Below are positions 39,170 through 54,051 of a stretch of 64,000 bases of DNA, piece by piece. Origin of the DNA: the human T2T-CHM13v2.0 reference genome, Homo sapiens; NCBI RefSeq assembly GCF_009914755.1, contig NC_060938.1. One strand, written 5' to 3'. The notes under the pieces were generated by a model. It was not told the DNA's origin. It searched no databases and saw only the letters and a list, made by a program, of their open reading frames with translations. The position numbers and the translations under genes were made by a program. Within the stretch, counting starts at the first letter, position 1, and each line of letters starts with the position of its first letter.

Positions 39170-39302
39170 CAATGGGTGACAAGCCGGCAGATGCGATTTG
39201 AAGGAGGATTTCAGGGCCGCTGCAACAAGCTGGTGGATGGCTGCTACTCCTTCTGGCAGGCGGGGCTCCTGCCCCTGCTCCACCGCGCACTGCACGCCCA
39301 AG
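39170..39302 (+). CDS. FNTB: FNTB exon 9 (133 bp; R291, K294, Zn ligands D297/C299, Y300)
   Basis: ctcctcAG|CAA TGG GTG...GCC CAA G|GTgagc; QWVTSRQMRFEGGFQGRCNKLVDGCYSFWQAGLLPLLHRALHAQ. Confidence 0.97.
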
Positions 39303-39546
39303 GTGAGCCTGGGGAGCTGTTCACTTGGGGCTGGATGATTTCCCTCCACTACTCACAAAGTCTGGAAGCCCAGCGTGCTTTTTTAGAGGGGTTGAAATGA
39401 GCTCTGTCTATCCTGGATTTTGAGTGCCCAGTGTGGAACCTCATGCCGTGGGGCATGCGAATGCAGAGTAAGATTTAGTTTCATTGGTTTAGTGTCATTC
39501 TTTGCTTCTTCAAATTGGCTGCGACAGAATGAGCTTCCTTGAAATT

Positions 39547-39628
39547 GCTACGGGGAGCGGGGAGGAAGTGGGCGCTGCTTCTGCGTTATCTGGAAGGAGC
39601 AGCCCACTCCTGTCCTGGGCTCTGTGGT
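39547..39628 (+). ncRNA. MIR4706: MIR4706 precursor hairpin (mature approx. 39556-39580)
   Basis: gctacggggAGCGGGGAGGAAGTGGGCGCTGCTTctgcg...ggagcagcccactcctgtcc matches the recalled hsa-mir-4706; arms pair (agtgggc..gctgct with agcagcccact); in FNTB intron 9. Confidence 0.85.
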
Positions 39629-39746
39629 GATTGCCACCTCCTCTGGGTGCAGGGCAGAGCTGAAAACCCTCAGTGTTGCAACAGTCACTGTTGCAACAGC
39701 AACAGGAAAGGCAACTGCGTAAAGGGGTAGAGAACCAGAACCCATG

Positions 39747-39782
39747 TGTAGGGGTGGGTTGTAGGGGTGGGTTGCCCCTACA
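39747..39782 (-). mobile_element. Minimal HERV-K(HML-2) LTR5_Hs U5-tip remnant with 5-bp flanking duplication
   Basis: Minus strand TGTAGGGGCAACCCACCCCTACA+ACCCACCCCTACA equals the recalled last 23 nt of LTR5_Hs plus a repeat of its last 13 nt; CCATG at 39742-39746 and 39783-39787. Confidence 0.7.
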
Positions 39783-40209
39783 CCATGGAGAAGAGACTCG
39801 CCGTGTCTGACTGGCTGCAGAGTTGTCACTATTAGAAATGTTTTATTTTACATTCATTGAATAAGCCTAAATGGGAGTTTGTTCCACCTGCACCATTGGA
39901 GTAGAGAAATCCACGTTCGTTTCTGTGGGGTCTCAAATGGGAACGCAAAACCGAAGTAGTTAGTGAGCAAAAAGTCTGGGAACATTCTCTCTCTATCTCT
40001 TGAAACCTCAGTCTGCCTGCTAACTCCTGCACCATCTTTCTGGTGTACTTGATGTGAGAGCAGGTGTCTCTGAGTAGACCTGTGGGAGAGAGGAAGTCAT
40101 GGGGCCCTGCTGGTTGCTGATCTGTTTTTGGAATGAGATCCCTGGGTCCAAAGAGAAGCTGTTCTTCGGACTTAGTTGGATAATGTAACTGCTCAAATGT
40201 AAAAGATGA

Positions 40210-40575
<366 letters not shown>

Positions 40576-43367
40576 TGAGCCTCATTATTTAGTTTCTTAA
40601 TTTCCTTTGAGTTGTTGAGTTGTGACCATTTCTGACACTGAATTAAAGTAAGCAGAGCCTCTGTCCCATTTTCCCGGCCTGGGCCCACTGGGCTTTAGGT
40701 GTCAGTATTAAGGCATATAAGGCACTTACCCTTGGAACACAGCAAGTGCACTGTCAGCAAGTGCACTGACTTTGGAGCCTGCACAGTCTCTGCCTTGACC
40801 ACCAGTAGGGAAGTCAGGAATTCCCCAAGTCAAACATTTTTTATTTTAGTATTATTTTTTTTTGAGACGGAGTTTCACTCTTGTTGCCCAGGCCGGAGTG
40901 CAATGGATCACTGCAACCTCTGCCCCCTGGGTTCAAGTAATTCTCCTGCCTTAGCCTCCTAAATAGCTGGGATTATAGGCATGCACCACCACGCCCAGCC
41001 AATTTTGTATTTTTAGTAGAGACAGGGTTTCTCCATGTTGGTCAGGCTGGTCTCGAACTCCTGACCTCAGGTGATCTGTCCGCCTTGGCCTCCCAAAGTG
41101 CTGGGATTACAGGCGTGAGCCACCGTGCCTGGCCCAACATTTCTAAGATAGAAAAAAACTTGGGGTCATGGTGATCTCTTTATTTGGAACTGGTGAGGTC
41201 AAGCCCCTGGTAAAATGGTCAGTCTTTTACAAACCTGTCCCTGGCATGGATAAGACTCAGTAATTCTGCAATCCCAGGGAAATGTGGAATGAGCTATAAC
41301 AGGAGCACCACCTGTCAAAGTCTTCCAGGGGGGCTGCTGGTTAATTGTTTCTTGTAGCACATGTTCTAGGGGGCTTAGTGGCATTCAAAGCTTTGTCTAT
41401 GGAAAAGGGTGCCTATGAATCTTGGTGCTTCCAGCTTTTTTCATTGGCTGGGAGAAGGCCTGTGTTGTCTTCTCAGACACAGGGCATCTCTTGAACTTGG
41501 AACAGACAGGAGTCTGTAAAGAAGGGAAGTGTGTTGAAAGGAGGGCAAAATACTGACTTTGGGAGTCAAAAGGGGATGCAGTGTAGAAAGATAGTCACAA
41601 TATATTGTGATCATATCAAAGCAATATGTGTGGAATCCCATTTTTAGTGAAGAGTTGACTACAAAAAATTCATAGAAAGTATCTAGGATGTGAAGTTACA
41701 GGTGATGTTTGCTTCTGTTTGTATTTTCTAATCTTTCTATAGTTAATAGGTATTTCTTGCATAAAAAAAGACAACAAAAGTTATTTTACAGAAACAGGGA
41801 AATTCTACAAACAAAACAAGCAAAAAGGTGCGAAAAATATTTATAACAAGTGATGAATGGCTAATTTCTTTAATTTGAAAAAAAATCATACAAACCAGTA
41901 AGAAATGGATGGACAACCCAACTGAAAAACAGGCAAAGGATCTGAAGAAAGAGGTCCCAGTGAAAGAACTGTCCTTCTTACTTTTTCTACTACAACTGCC
42001 ACTACTACTGGTAGCGGAGTCTTCCCAAGCCCTCACTGTATGCCAGGGGCTGTACTGAGCATTTCACATATGTTTTCTCATTTAATTCTCAAAACAACCC
42101 TATGAAATAGGTACCATTGTTTACAGATGAGGAAACAAACTACAGTGAGGTTAAGTGATTGCTTTATAATACCTGATTGGCACTCACAAGGGTTAGTATG
42201 TGGTTGTGTGAATCCAGACTAGCTGGCATCTGAACCCTGCCCTGCTCATAACCACAGTAGGTGGCCATTAATCCAACGAAAAATTGTTTAGCTCACTTGT
42301 AGTAAAAGAAATGCTAATCAAAAGAGTGGCACTATTTGTTTTTATTATTGGATTGGCAGAGATTAAAAAACTTGATACCCTATGTTGGGGAGAGTGTGAG
42401 AAAACAGGTAATTTGATAGTGGGGATGTAAATAGGTTAAGTCATTTTTTGGAGGGCAGTTTGGAGACATCCATTTAAATTATAAGGGCACTTACCCTTTG
42501 AACACAGCAAGTGCACTGTCAGGAATTTACCTGCAGGGATATTAGCAAAGGATGTATATTGAAGTGGAGTTTCAATAGCAGCCTAAGTGCCTATCAAAAG
42601 GTTAAGGGTTAAATAATAAAAATCTCTCCAAACAGTAGCTGCATACCATGGGCTGATATAGAAAGCTCTGCAAGATACAACATGAAGTGTAAGGGGGCGG
42701 GGCCTGGAGCAGTGCCTGGGCACACAGCCCGAGATGTACACAGCTTTTCCTGGAACCCTACACAAAACCCCTTGAACAATGGGTACCTTTGGGAGAAGAG
42801 AAGCAGACAGAAGACAGAAGGAGGGAGACTTTTTAGATTTTTTTTTTTTTTTTTTTTTTTTTTGAGACAGAGTCTCACTCTGTTGCTGAGGCTGGAGTGC
42901 AGTGGTGCAATCTCGGCTCACTGTAGCCTCCTCGGTTCAATTGATTTTCTTGCCTCAGCCTCCTGTGTAGCTGGGATTACAGGCGTGTACCACCACACCC
43001 AGCCAATGTTTTCTATTTTTAGTAGAGACAGGATATGACTATGTTGGCCTGGCTGGTCTCAAACTCCTGGCCTCAAGTGATCCACCTTCCTTGGCCACAC
43101 AAAGTGCTGAGATTACAGGCGTGAGCCACCATACCTGGCCAACTTTTTAGATTTTCTATCCTTCTGTATTATACTGTGCCTTTAAAAAAAAAAAAACCAT
43201 GTGCATTACTAATTTTATTTTGGTAAATGTACAAATACATTTTTTAAAAGGCATTGATCATATTGCTAACTAAAAAGCAAAAAGAATGCTCTACATAGTG
43301 CAGCACGTGGGTCTAGGCCATGCCCTGACCCAGCAAGTGACCATCAGTGGCTCCATGCCATTGACTA

Positions 43368-43553
<186 letters not shown>

Positions 43554-43837
43554 TTAAAAACAGTTAACCAGACATGGTGGCACATGCCTGTAGTCCTAGC
43601 TACTCAGGAGGCTGAGGTAGAAGGATCACTTGAGTCTGGGAGGCAGAGGTTGCAGGCAGAGAGTGCCACTGCAACTCCAGCCTGAGCGACAGAGCAAGAC
43701 TTTGTCTCAAAAAAACACAAAAGCCTGTAATCCCAGCATTTTGGGAGGCCGAGGTGGGTGGATCATGAGCTCAGGAGTTCAAGACCAGCCTGGCCAACAT
43801 GGTGAAACCCCATCTCTACTAAAGATACAAAAAATTA

Positions 43838-44028
<191 letters not shown>

Positions 44029-45342
44029 TCAGTGAGTTACTTTGTTTTTTTGTTTTGTGGAGCAATAAGAAAGCAGCAGGCCTGTGAGTTTCCACTTGGC
44101 TTGGTAGTTACTGGTTTCTTATATGTTCTTTTGGACATACCCTGGAATTTTCTTGCCTACCTGTGAAATTGAGCTACAGATGGCTGCACCTATCAGTTAT
44201 GGTGTGGAAAGACTTTTGATTTTTTTAGATAAAAGGAACCTTTGAAATGCAAAATGAGATTAGAATGGCGACCTATAATTTCAGGAAGAGGTAGAAAGGA
44301 TTTAAAAGGTGGATTCCAGTGTGCAGTTATCACCCTATAATCGTATCTGCTTTCATCTTGTTGTGATTATGTGTGCTGGTGTCCAAATTCAGGATATCTG
44401 GAAGCTCCTTGTAGAGCTTTTGAACTTTGAGCTTCTATGCTTTAATAATATAGGAAGTCACTGAAACAGTCTATAGTTTTTTATATAATAAACATAGCGT
44501 TTTCTTTTCAGACTCTAATTTTAGCCACAGGTTATCATTTACCTTATAATAATAGTCTTTTATTTGTTATAGGATATGAAATATATGTACATTTTGTACA
44601 GATGTGTAATGCAGTTTCCTAAAGTTTAATAAATATGCTTTTTTAAATAATAGCTTTGTTGAGATATAATTCCCATACCACACAACTTACCTATTCAGTT
44701 GCGAACCATCATGACAATTTTAGAACATTTTCATCACTCATCCCCCCAAAAATCCCCATACACATTAAATATTTTCTTAAAAAGGAAATCGTGAAGGAAA
44801 AATCAATAGTATGATTACAATATTAAGTATAAAACATATATATGTTTTACATTAATTAAATTTTAAAAATTTTAAAAAGTTTTAAACTCACATAACCAAA
44901 ACAGAGGAGCAAAAAGGAGAAAATAGATGCAGCATATGATGTAGACAAGGGGCAAGTATAAGAAAAAGCTAGATTAATAAAATTGGCTATTGGATCTCAG
45001 AAGATTAGGCCAAACAGACACCATCATAAGGAAATGCAAATATTAAACACAAGTTATGGAAAAATTTCACCCTAATTAGTAATCAGAGGCATGCAAATCA
45101 AAATAAACTATCAGGTACTATTTCTTTTTACCATTTTAATTGCTGATAACTTTTAAAAAGTAACTAAAGCTGGCCGGGCGTGGTGGCTCACGCCTGTAAT
45201 CCTAGCACTTTGGGAAGCCGAGTTGGGCAGATCATTTTAGGAGTTCGAGACTGGCTTGATCAACATAGTGAAACCCTGTCTCTACTAAAAATGCAAAAAT
45301 TAGCCAGGCGTGGGGGCTTGTACCTGTAATCCAAGGTACTCA

Positions 45343-45616
<274 letters not shown>

Positions 45617-46249
45617 TATAAATTCTTAAAGCAGTTTATCAGTATCTATTAAAAGCCTTAACAATGTTTATTCCCTTTAACCGAATAATTCCACCGTGGT
45701 CAGTCTATTTGAAGAAAATAATCTTAAGCATACATAATATTGACAAAGATTTAGTCCAGCATTCCTCATAATGGCAAGGAACTGGAAACAACCTTGGAAA
45801 TAAGTAAAAGAAGATAGAGTGAAGTCCCATCATATATGTATGTATCTTCTACAACAAAGTTCACTGTGCTTACAGGTGAGGAAAAGAAAGGAAGGGAATT
45901 AAAATAGTGCAAGTGTATCAAAGCATGTGGCCTGCAGCCAGCCTGAGATGGGAGATTGGATGCTTCTCCTTAGGTCGGACTTAGTTTCCTGTGTCTCTTA
46001 ATGGGTGTTTCAGGGCTGAGTGCGACTCAGGGTTGAAGACGAGAAGCTTTTGTCCCTGGCCTCTAAATGTCACCTGGCCACTGTCCCTCACCTAGTGCTC
46101 AACCTTGGAAACCCTTTTCCTCTGTGTCTCTTTTTAAAGAAATTTAATAAATTCTTATTGTCTGTTTGAAATATTCAACAATTTAGGCTGGGTGCGGTGG
46201 CCCATGCCTGTAATCCCAGTACTTTGGGAGGCCAAAAGAGGGTGGGTCA

Positions 46250-46591
<342 letters not shown>

Positions 46592-46652
46592 CTATTTTCT
46601 CCAAAATGGGAAAGGTTATTGATACCATAAACTTTTATAATTTTCACCATAG

Positions 46653-46889
<237 letters not shown>

Positions 46890-48095
46890 TGATCAACCCC
46901 CCTCAGCCTCCCAAAGTGCTGGGATTACAGGCATAAGCCATCGTGCCTGGCCCACCATAGGAATTTATATACTGACATATATATAAGATTTTTAGCTCAG
47001 TTCTTTTTATGATACAGTTACCTTATATGTCCACTTAATGAAATACTATATGGCTATTCACAGTGATGGCTATGCAGATTATGTAATAGAATAGAAAATT
47101 TATGCCTATAGTGGTATAAGTGAAAAACATAAGCTACACAGTTATAATAACTAGGTAGAAAAACGCATAGAACCAAAAAGACTGGAAGAAAGAACAATTA
47201 GCTTTCAGGTGCCATTTACCAATTGTTGGGCATCTTTTTTTTAAAAATGATTTATTGTCAGGCATCTTTTAGCCCAGGTATCAAAATATAAAATTGACCA
47301 AGGACTTAGTGTACATCCTATATGTATATATATTTTTAATCGATTTCTATGCAGATGTTTCTGCACACCTGTCCGTGATTTGTCCCTCCTTCCCACTTGA
47401 TAACTGTGTGGCCCACAGAATTCTTTGACCATAGTGATTGGACTTCAGAGTGAAGAAGTCCAGTTGCTTGTCAGTACCTTAGTAGTATTACCAGAATACC
47501 CAGTTTTTGCTAGGGTATCATATGATGCAGGAGGGCAGTTACTAGTAATGTTTCTTAGGTAAATTCTTTGAGCTGAGAGACAAGTTAGAGAATTCCCTTT
47601 GGAGATCAATTAAATTTAGGCTTAGAAAAGTAGAAGAAACAGACTTTATTACCCATTAAGAGTTCTCTGAGCTAATCAGTCTGGTTAACAAGTTATAGAG
47701 ATATGCTAGAGGGAATGTCTCTTGAAGTCCAGGGTAGAGTTATGGACCAAGTTGGGAGCAGCTACCGAGGTCAGTCTGGGAAGGTAAGCTAAACAGCTAG
47801 GCTGGTTCACTGCCTGCCAGAGATGTGGTTGAGGATCACCATCCACGTTAACAGGGTGCATTTCAAGAAAGTGAAAGTGCCACTTTGAATTGCTGCTCTT
47901 TGACACATGTCAAAGTTCAGGAGAAGGGACATGCTGTGCGTAGGACATGGGGAAGATAGCAGTTGTACCAAGAATGAATGGAAGAGGAAGGGGAGCAGGA
48001 AACCTTGACTATTCCCCCAGGTGAGAAAGTGGAATTAGGTCATTGATACTTGGCTGGATCTGCCGGGCCCTTACTGACCCTTTGCCCTTCAACAG

Positions 48096-48207
48096 GTGAC
48101 CCTGCCCTTAGCATGAGCCACTGGATGTTCCATCAGCAGGCCCTGCAGGAGTACATCCTGATGTGCTGCCAGTGCCCTGCGGGGGGGCTTCTGGATAAAC
48201 CTGGCAA
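48096..48207 (+). CDS. FNTB: FNTB exon 10 (112 bp)
   Basis: ttcaacAG|GT GAC CCT...CCT GGC AA|GTgagt; (G)DPALSMSHWMFHQQALQEYILMCCQCPAGGLLDKPG(K). Confidence 0.97.
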
Positions 48208-48890
48208 GTGAGTGTTTTCTCTCTGGGGAGGGAAGGGAGAGGGGAGGAGAGAGCAGAGGGGCGTGCACCTCAGGCCTACTCAGAGCCAGATCTCAAGAGC
48301 AGAGGTGTCACCTTCAGCACCTGCATAGCGCTAGGTTGTATGGGAAAAAGCACCCAGTTGGGAGCACCCCTTGAGGCCATTGATCTTGGCACCTCCAGCT
48401 GCCCGTCTTGTCCCCCAGCCTGCATGCAACCCCCTCCCCCAGACAGGGAAACAGATTGCTGGGTAGATAACTCTTCTTTTTTTTAAAAAAAACAAAAAAA
48501 AACTGATCTAAATAGAATAGGATACAGGATTTTAAAACCCCTCAGTGTTGTAAACAGAGACTGTAATCATGACAACTATTATAGAGTGGATTAAATGATT
48601 AAGCTCAAATCTGAGATGGCTTATGTGTTAGAAAAAGGGAAATAAAATAAGTCCTCTCACCTTTGTTACCCACCCTCTGTCTTCCCCCATCCCAGCACAC
48701 GTCCTGCTGCTCTTGGCATCCAGGGGAAGGCCTGGTCCCACAATGTATCAGGAAGGATGTGGCCCATTTCTAGATATTTAGGTATTTTTCTAGAGAAGTG
48801 TATCAATTTATCATTAGTACTGCCCCTGGAGAGCCCTTTCCAGAAGACAGCTGGAGAGACTGACTTTAAAATTACAGTTTCCTTTAATAG

Positions 48891-49130
<240 letters not shown>

Positions 49131-49432
49131 TAGCTAATTTTTAATTTTTTGTAGAGACGGGGTCTCCCATGTTGCCCAAGTTGGTTTTGAACTCCTGGCC
49201 TCAAACCGTTCTCTTGCCTCAGCCTCCTGCTTGCTGGGATTATGGGTGTGAGCCACTGTGCTCAGCCAGTGGGGCTTTAAATAACACTGCTGGGAAAACC
49301 ATGCCTCCTCTAGCCACATGGAGGATGGGGGGGGACGTGTGATTGCACCAGTGGTCTCTGAATTGGTGTGGCTACATTTGTAGATGTGTGCGGAGCAGAG
49401 GAGCGCCTGCTCAGAGCTGCCTGTCCTTACAG

Positions 49433-49547
49433 GTCGCGTGATTTCTACCACACCTGCTACTGCCTGAGCGGCCTGTCCATAGCCCAGCACTTCGGCAGCG
49501 GAGCCATGTTGCATGATGTGGTCCTGGGTGTGCCCGAAAACGCTCTG
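49433..49547 (+). CDS. FNTB: FNTB exon 11 (115 bp; Y361, Zn ligand H362)
   Basis: ccttacAG|G TCG CGT GAT...GCT CTG|GTaaga; SRDFYHTCYCLSGLSIAQHFGSGAMLHDVVLGVPENAL. Confidence 0.97.
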
Positions 49548-50374
49548 GTAAGACGGGTGCAGGGCTTCACACCCCTTCTCCACAGGGACCTCGCGGACAG
49601 AAGGCTTTCCAAGTAAGCAGAACTGGCTCTGCATTTCCTGTGTGGACAGGCGGAAGCTTGTGGTCCCTCTGCCCTTCGAGCTGTGCAGCCGTTAGTGAGG
49701 ATGTGACCACAGAGGAGACGCACCTCTGGGCAAGCTCAGGGTTCCAGATGGGCGGTCTGATCTGTCAAAGAGCTGTTGTGCCTTTATCCCAGGGCTGAGG
49801 ACCTAGCCCACTGCTGGTATTAGCTTCCCCTAGAGGAGGCCACAGTTACGTGTCACTCTGAGGCTGTGAGTCCCAGCAGGCTCGTGATAGCACTGCAGCC
49901 ATGCGGCACTGGCTGTACAGCCTGCCGCGTCTCTCCCAGAGGCTCAGCTTAGATGCCATCTCTTCAGAGAATGAGATCCCCAGAATGCTCTGCCTCAGTG
50001 CCTTGTTCATATTCTTTGTAGTACTTTACTCAGTTGGTGGTGTGTTGTTTAATGTGTGTTTGTCTGCTTTCCTGAAAAAACAATAGCCCTATGAGGGCAG
50101 GATGCTCACTGCTGCAGCCAGCTGAGGACAACCTGGAGGTGCTCTGAGCCTAGACGTGAGCCTGGACATGAATCCAATGGAGACTGTCCCCAGTGATCAA
50201 ATCACAGGGCCCATGCAGACTGTCATGAATTTTTGTGTGCAGTTCCCTACTCTTACTAAGCCCTACTTCCACCAGTGTAAACATGGCCTGCTGCTACCAT
50301 CTAGGTCACTGCCTTATTTTCTCATCTGTGTCATTGTAACCTTCCTTTTTTGTTTAAAAAAATTTTTTTTTTAA

Positions 50375-50611
<237 letters not shown>

Positions 50612-50689
50612 TGATATGCCTGCCTCAGCCTCCCAAGGTGCCAGGATTACATGTGTGAGCCACCACGCCTGGCCCCATCTTTGTTTCTT

Positions 50690-53600
50690 TTAATTGGGAA
50701 ACATTTCAAATGGAAGAAACACAAATGGCCAATAGATAGTTGAAAAGATGCTCAACCTCATTCTTAATCAGAAAAACCACCACCCAGCTTTTCCAGGCCC
50801 TAATTATTTCCCCCTATTTGCCTCTTATGTAGCCCTCTTCCAGTTTTTTTTCCTCCCTCCTTCTCCAGAGGTAACCCTGTCCCAAATTTGACATGTATCA
50901 TGCCTGTGGATGTTTTTGTGCTATTGCTACATACATATGTATCTATAAGCAATATATAGTTTTTTATAAGCAATATAACAGTTGCTTGCATGTTTTCAAA
51001 CTTTTTGTAATGGTACCTACTGTACCAGTCATTCTGCATTGCTTTTTCCACTTGCCATTGTATTTTTGAGGTTTATCTGTGTTCACATGTGTTGCTCCAG
51101 TTTATTCATTTTAACTATTATATGATACTCCCTTATATAAATGTACCCCAGTGTGTTTCTCTGTTCTCCTGCTAGTTATCAATTTTTTGCTATTACAGTG
51201 TTGCAGTGAACGTTGTGGTATCTGTCTCATTGGGTTCACATGTTAGAATGTCTCCAGGAGGGGACCTGCTGGGTTGAAGGGGACACATATTGTCATCTTT
51301 GATAGATACCTCTGTAACTGCTCCCCAGTGTGGTTGTGTAAGATGAATCGATCCATAGTCAGACCTTTTCCTTTTTGCCAATTTGATGGGTGTGAAGTGG
51401 TATTTGTTTGATTTTGTGTTTTCCTGATTACTGGTGAGGTTGAGAATATTTTCAAATGTTTGTTGGCCATTTGTGTTGTCTTCTGCGAATTGTCTGCCAG
51501 TTCATATTCTGTGCTCATTTTCTTACTGATGGGTAACTTCAGTTGTTTTCCCTTAAGTATTTGTAGTTCTCTGTATATTTTTAATACTAATCTTCTATCA
51601 GTTACATGTGTGTAGTGAATATCTTCCAGCTTGTGACTTGTCTTTTCATTTTGTGACTCTGATTTGCATTGCTATAAGAGAATACCTGAGACTAGGTAAT
51701 GTATAAAGACAAGAGGTTTATTTAGCTCATGGTTCTATAGACTGAGAAATTCAAGGGCATGGCTCTGGCTTCTGGCAAGGGTTGTGCTGCATTATAACAT
51801 GTGGAAATCAAAGGGGAAGCCAACCCATGCAAACAGAGGAGAGCCTGAGAGCATCCTGGCTTTATAACAGCCTACCCTTGCAGGAACTAATCCATTCCCT
51901 CAAGGACTAATCCAGACTCCCCAGAGCAAGAGTGAGAGCTCACGCACTACTGCAAGAACAGCACCAAGGCACTCCTGAGGGATCCACCCCTCAAACCCAA
52001 ACACATTCCACAAACCCCACCTCTCAACATAGCCATCTTGGGGATCAGATTTCAACATTAATTTTTGTGGGGACAAATAAACCACATCCAAACCATAGCA
52101 TTTTGTTTTTGGTGTTTTTTTGTTAAATAGAAGATTTTAGGCCAGATATGGTGGTTCGCACCTGTAAACCTAGCACTTTGGGAGGCTGAGGTGGGAGAAT
52201 CGCTTGAGCCCAGGTAGTCAAGGCTGCAGTGAGCTCTGTTTGCTCCAGTCTGGGAGATAGAGTGAGACCCTGCCCCCAGCACCCCTTCCCCACAAAAATA
52301 TTTTAATATTTTAATTTTGAAGTGGTCAAATCTATTTGTCTTTTCTGTCATTCAGGGGTTTGTTTTTGGGGGAGGGTAGGTGAGGATTAACTTAAGGAAT
52401 CTCTACCATTTTTTGAGGGAAGCAGACAAAAGGAGGCACACATTAAACAAATACATCACAAATTGTGATGCGTGCTATGAAGGGAATGAACAAGGCAATG
52501 CAGCAAGTCATTAAGTGTAACTTCTTCTAAATAGTCTAAAGCTTGCTTTTTTAATCTAGATTTTTAATTCTCTTGGATTTGGTTTCTGTGTATGGTGAGG
52601 CTTGGATATAATGTTATCTTTTTTCCATATGGATAACCAATTGACCAGCACCATTTACTGAAGTCTACAACCTTTCCTGCTGATGTGTATCTCATGTGTA
52701 CCACACCCTCAAGTTTCCATACATGAAGGGGCCCTGTTTCTGGACTCTCTTATTTTGTTCCTTTGGTCTGTTTGCCTATCTGCACTCTTTTAAGCAAGTC
52801 TGAAAACAGGTAGGCAAGTCCTGTCTGCCTTGTTGTTTTTCTTCAAAATTGCCTTGGCTATTCTTTGCCTTTTGCTTTTTCCTGTGAATTGTAGGATCAG
52901 CCTGTCAAGTTCTAATGGGATTTTTATTGGAATTGCACTACATTTTAGATTAATAGGAGAGAACCAACTTTTTTTTTTTTCTTCCTGTCTTCCCAGGAGT
53001 ACAAAGAGAACTGACTTCTTTTCAATATTTAGGCTTCCATTTATGAACATAATTTTTCTTTTCTTTAATGTCTTTCAGTGTTTTTTTTATAATTTTTTCC
53101 ATAAAGGACTAGCATTTTTTTTTTTTCGGTTAGAGTTATGTCTAATTTACAGTTTTCATGTCTCTTGTGACTGGAATCTTTTCTTATTTTCAGTTTTGTA
53201 ACTGTTTGTTACTAGTGTATAGAAATGCTAATAATATTTATAAATCTTGTGTCCAGCCACCTTGTTGAACTCTTTAATAGTTTTAAGTTTGTCTAAGTTA
53301 GTTTCCATTTTATTTTTCTTGCCTTGTATTGTTGGGTAAGATCCCCACATAGTGCTGACTAAAGGTAGTAGAGGGCATTCGTCTCTTGCTCCTGATTATA
53401 ATGGGAAGGCTTTTTATAACCTGATCATTAAGCATGATGTTTACTGTAAGGTTGTGATAGTTACATTATATCAAGTTAGTGATATTCACTTTTATTCCTG
53501 ATTTGCTAGGTTGTTTTTGTTAGTTTCAGTCATAAGGTAGTGTTAAATTTTATTGAATGCTTTCTCCGCATCTGATTTTTCTTCTTTAATATGATATGTT

Positions 53601-53870
53601 TCATTAATATTCTGATGTTAAGCCTTATATTCCCAGGATAAGCCCTTCTTGGTCATAGTAGAGGCAGTGTGTCTGTGTCTGTGTGTTTTGTTCAGTATAC
53701 TGCTGGATTCAGTTTGCCAGTATGTTTGCCTAGTACTTTTATTTAGGATTTTTTTGCATGTACATTCATAAGAAAGATTGATCTAAAATTTTATTGTATT
53801 GTCCTTTTCCAGTGTTTCAGGATAATATCATAGCCTCATAAAATTAAATGGGTAGCTTCCTGCACCTCTT
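50690..53870 (-). mobile_element. Old L1M fragments interrupted by an MST-type LTR (~51655-52097) and a short Alu monomer (~52141-52275)
   Basis: Minus-strand ORF remnants resembling L1 ORF2 C-terminus (IPIKIP...RIAKAILKKNNK; MANKHLKIFSTS); MST motif ataagagaatacctgagactaggtaa. Confidence 0.75.
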
Positions 53871-53907
53871 ACCTTTTTTCTTTTTCTTTTCTTTTTCAGA
53901 GACATGA

Positions 53908-54051
<144 letters not shown>

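Noticed and set aside
38846-39400. 184-aa ORF
   Set aside because: FNTB exon 9 frame extended into flanking introns; only 39170-39302 has splice boundaries.
49134-49723. Antisense ORFs over exon 11
   Set aside because: Shadow ORFs of a GC-rich exon running into an Alu.
52790-53050. 86-aa minus-strand ORF resembling L1 ORF2 C-terminus
   Set aside because: Degraded ancient L1 fragment, not an intact gene.
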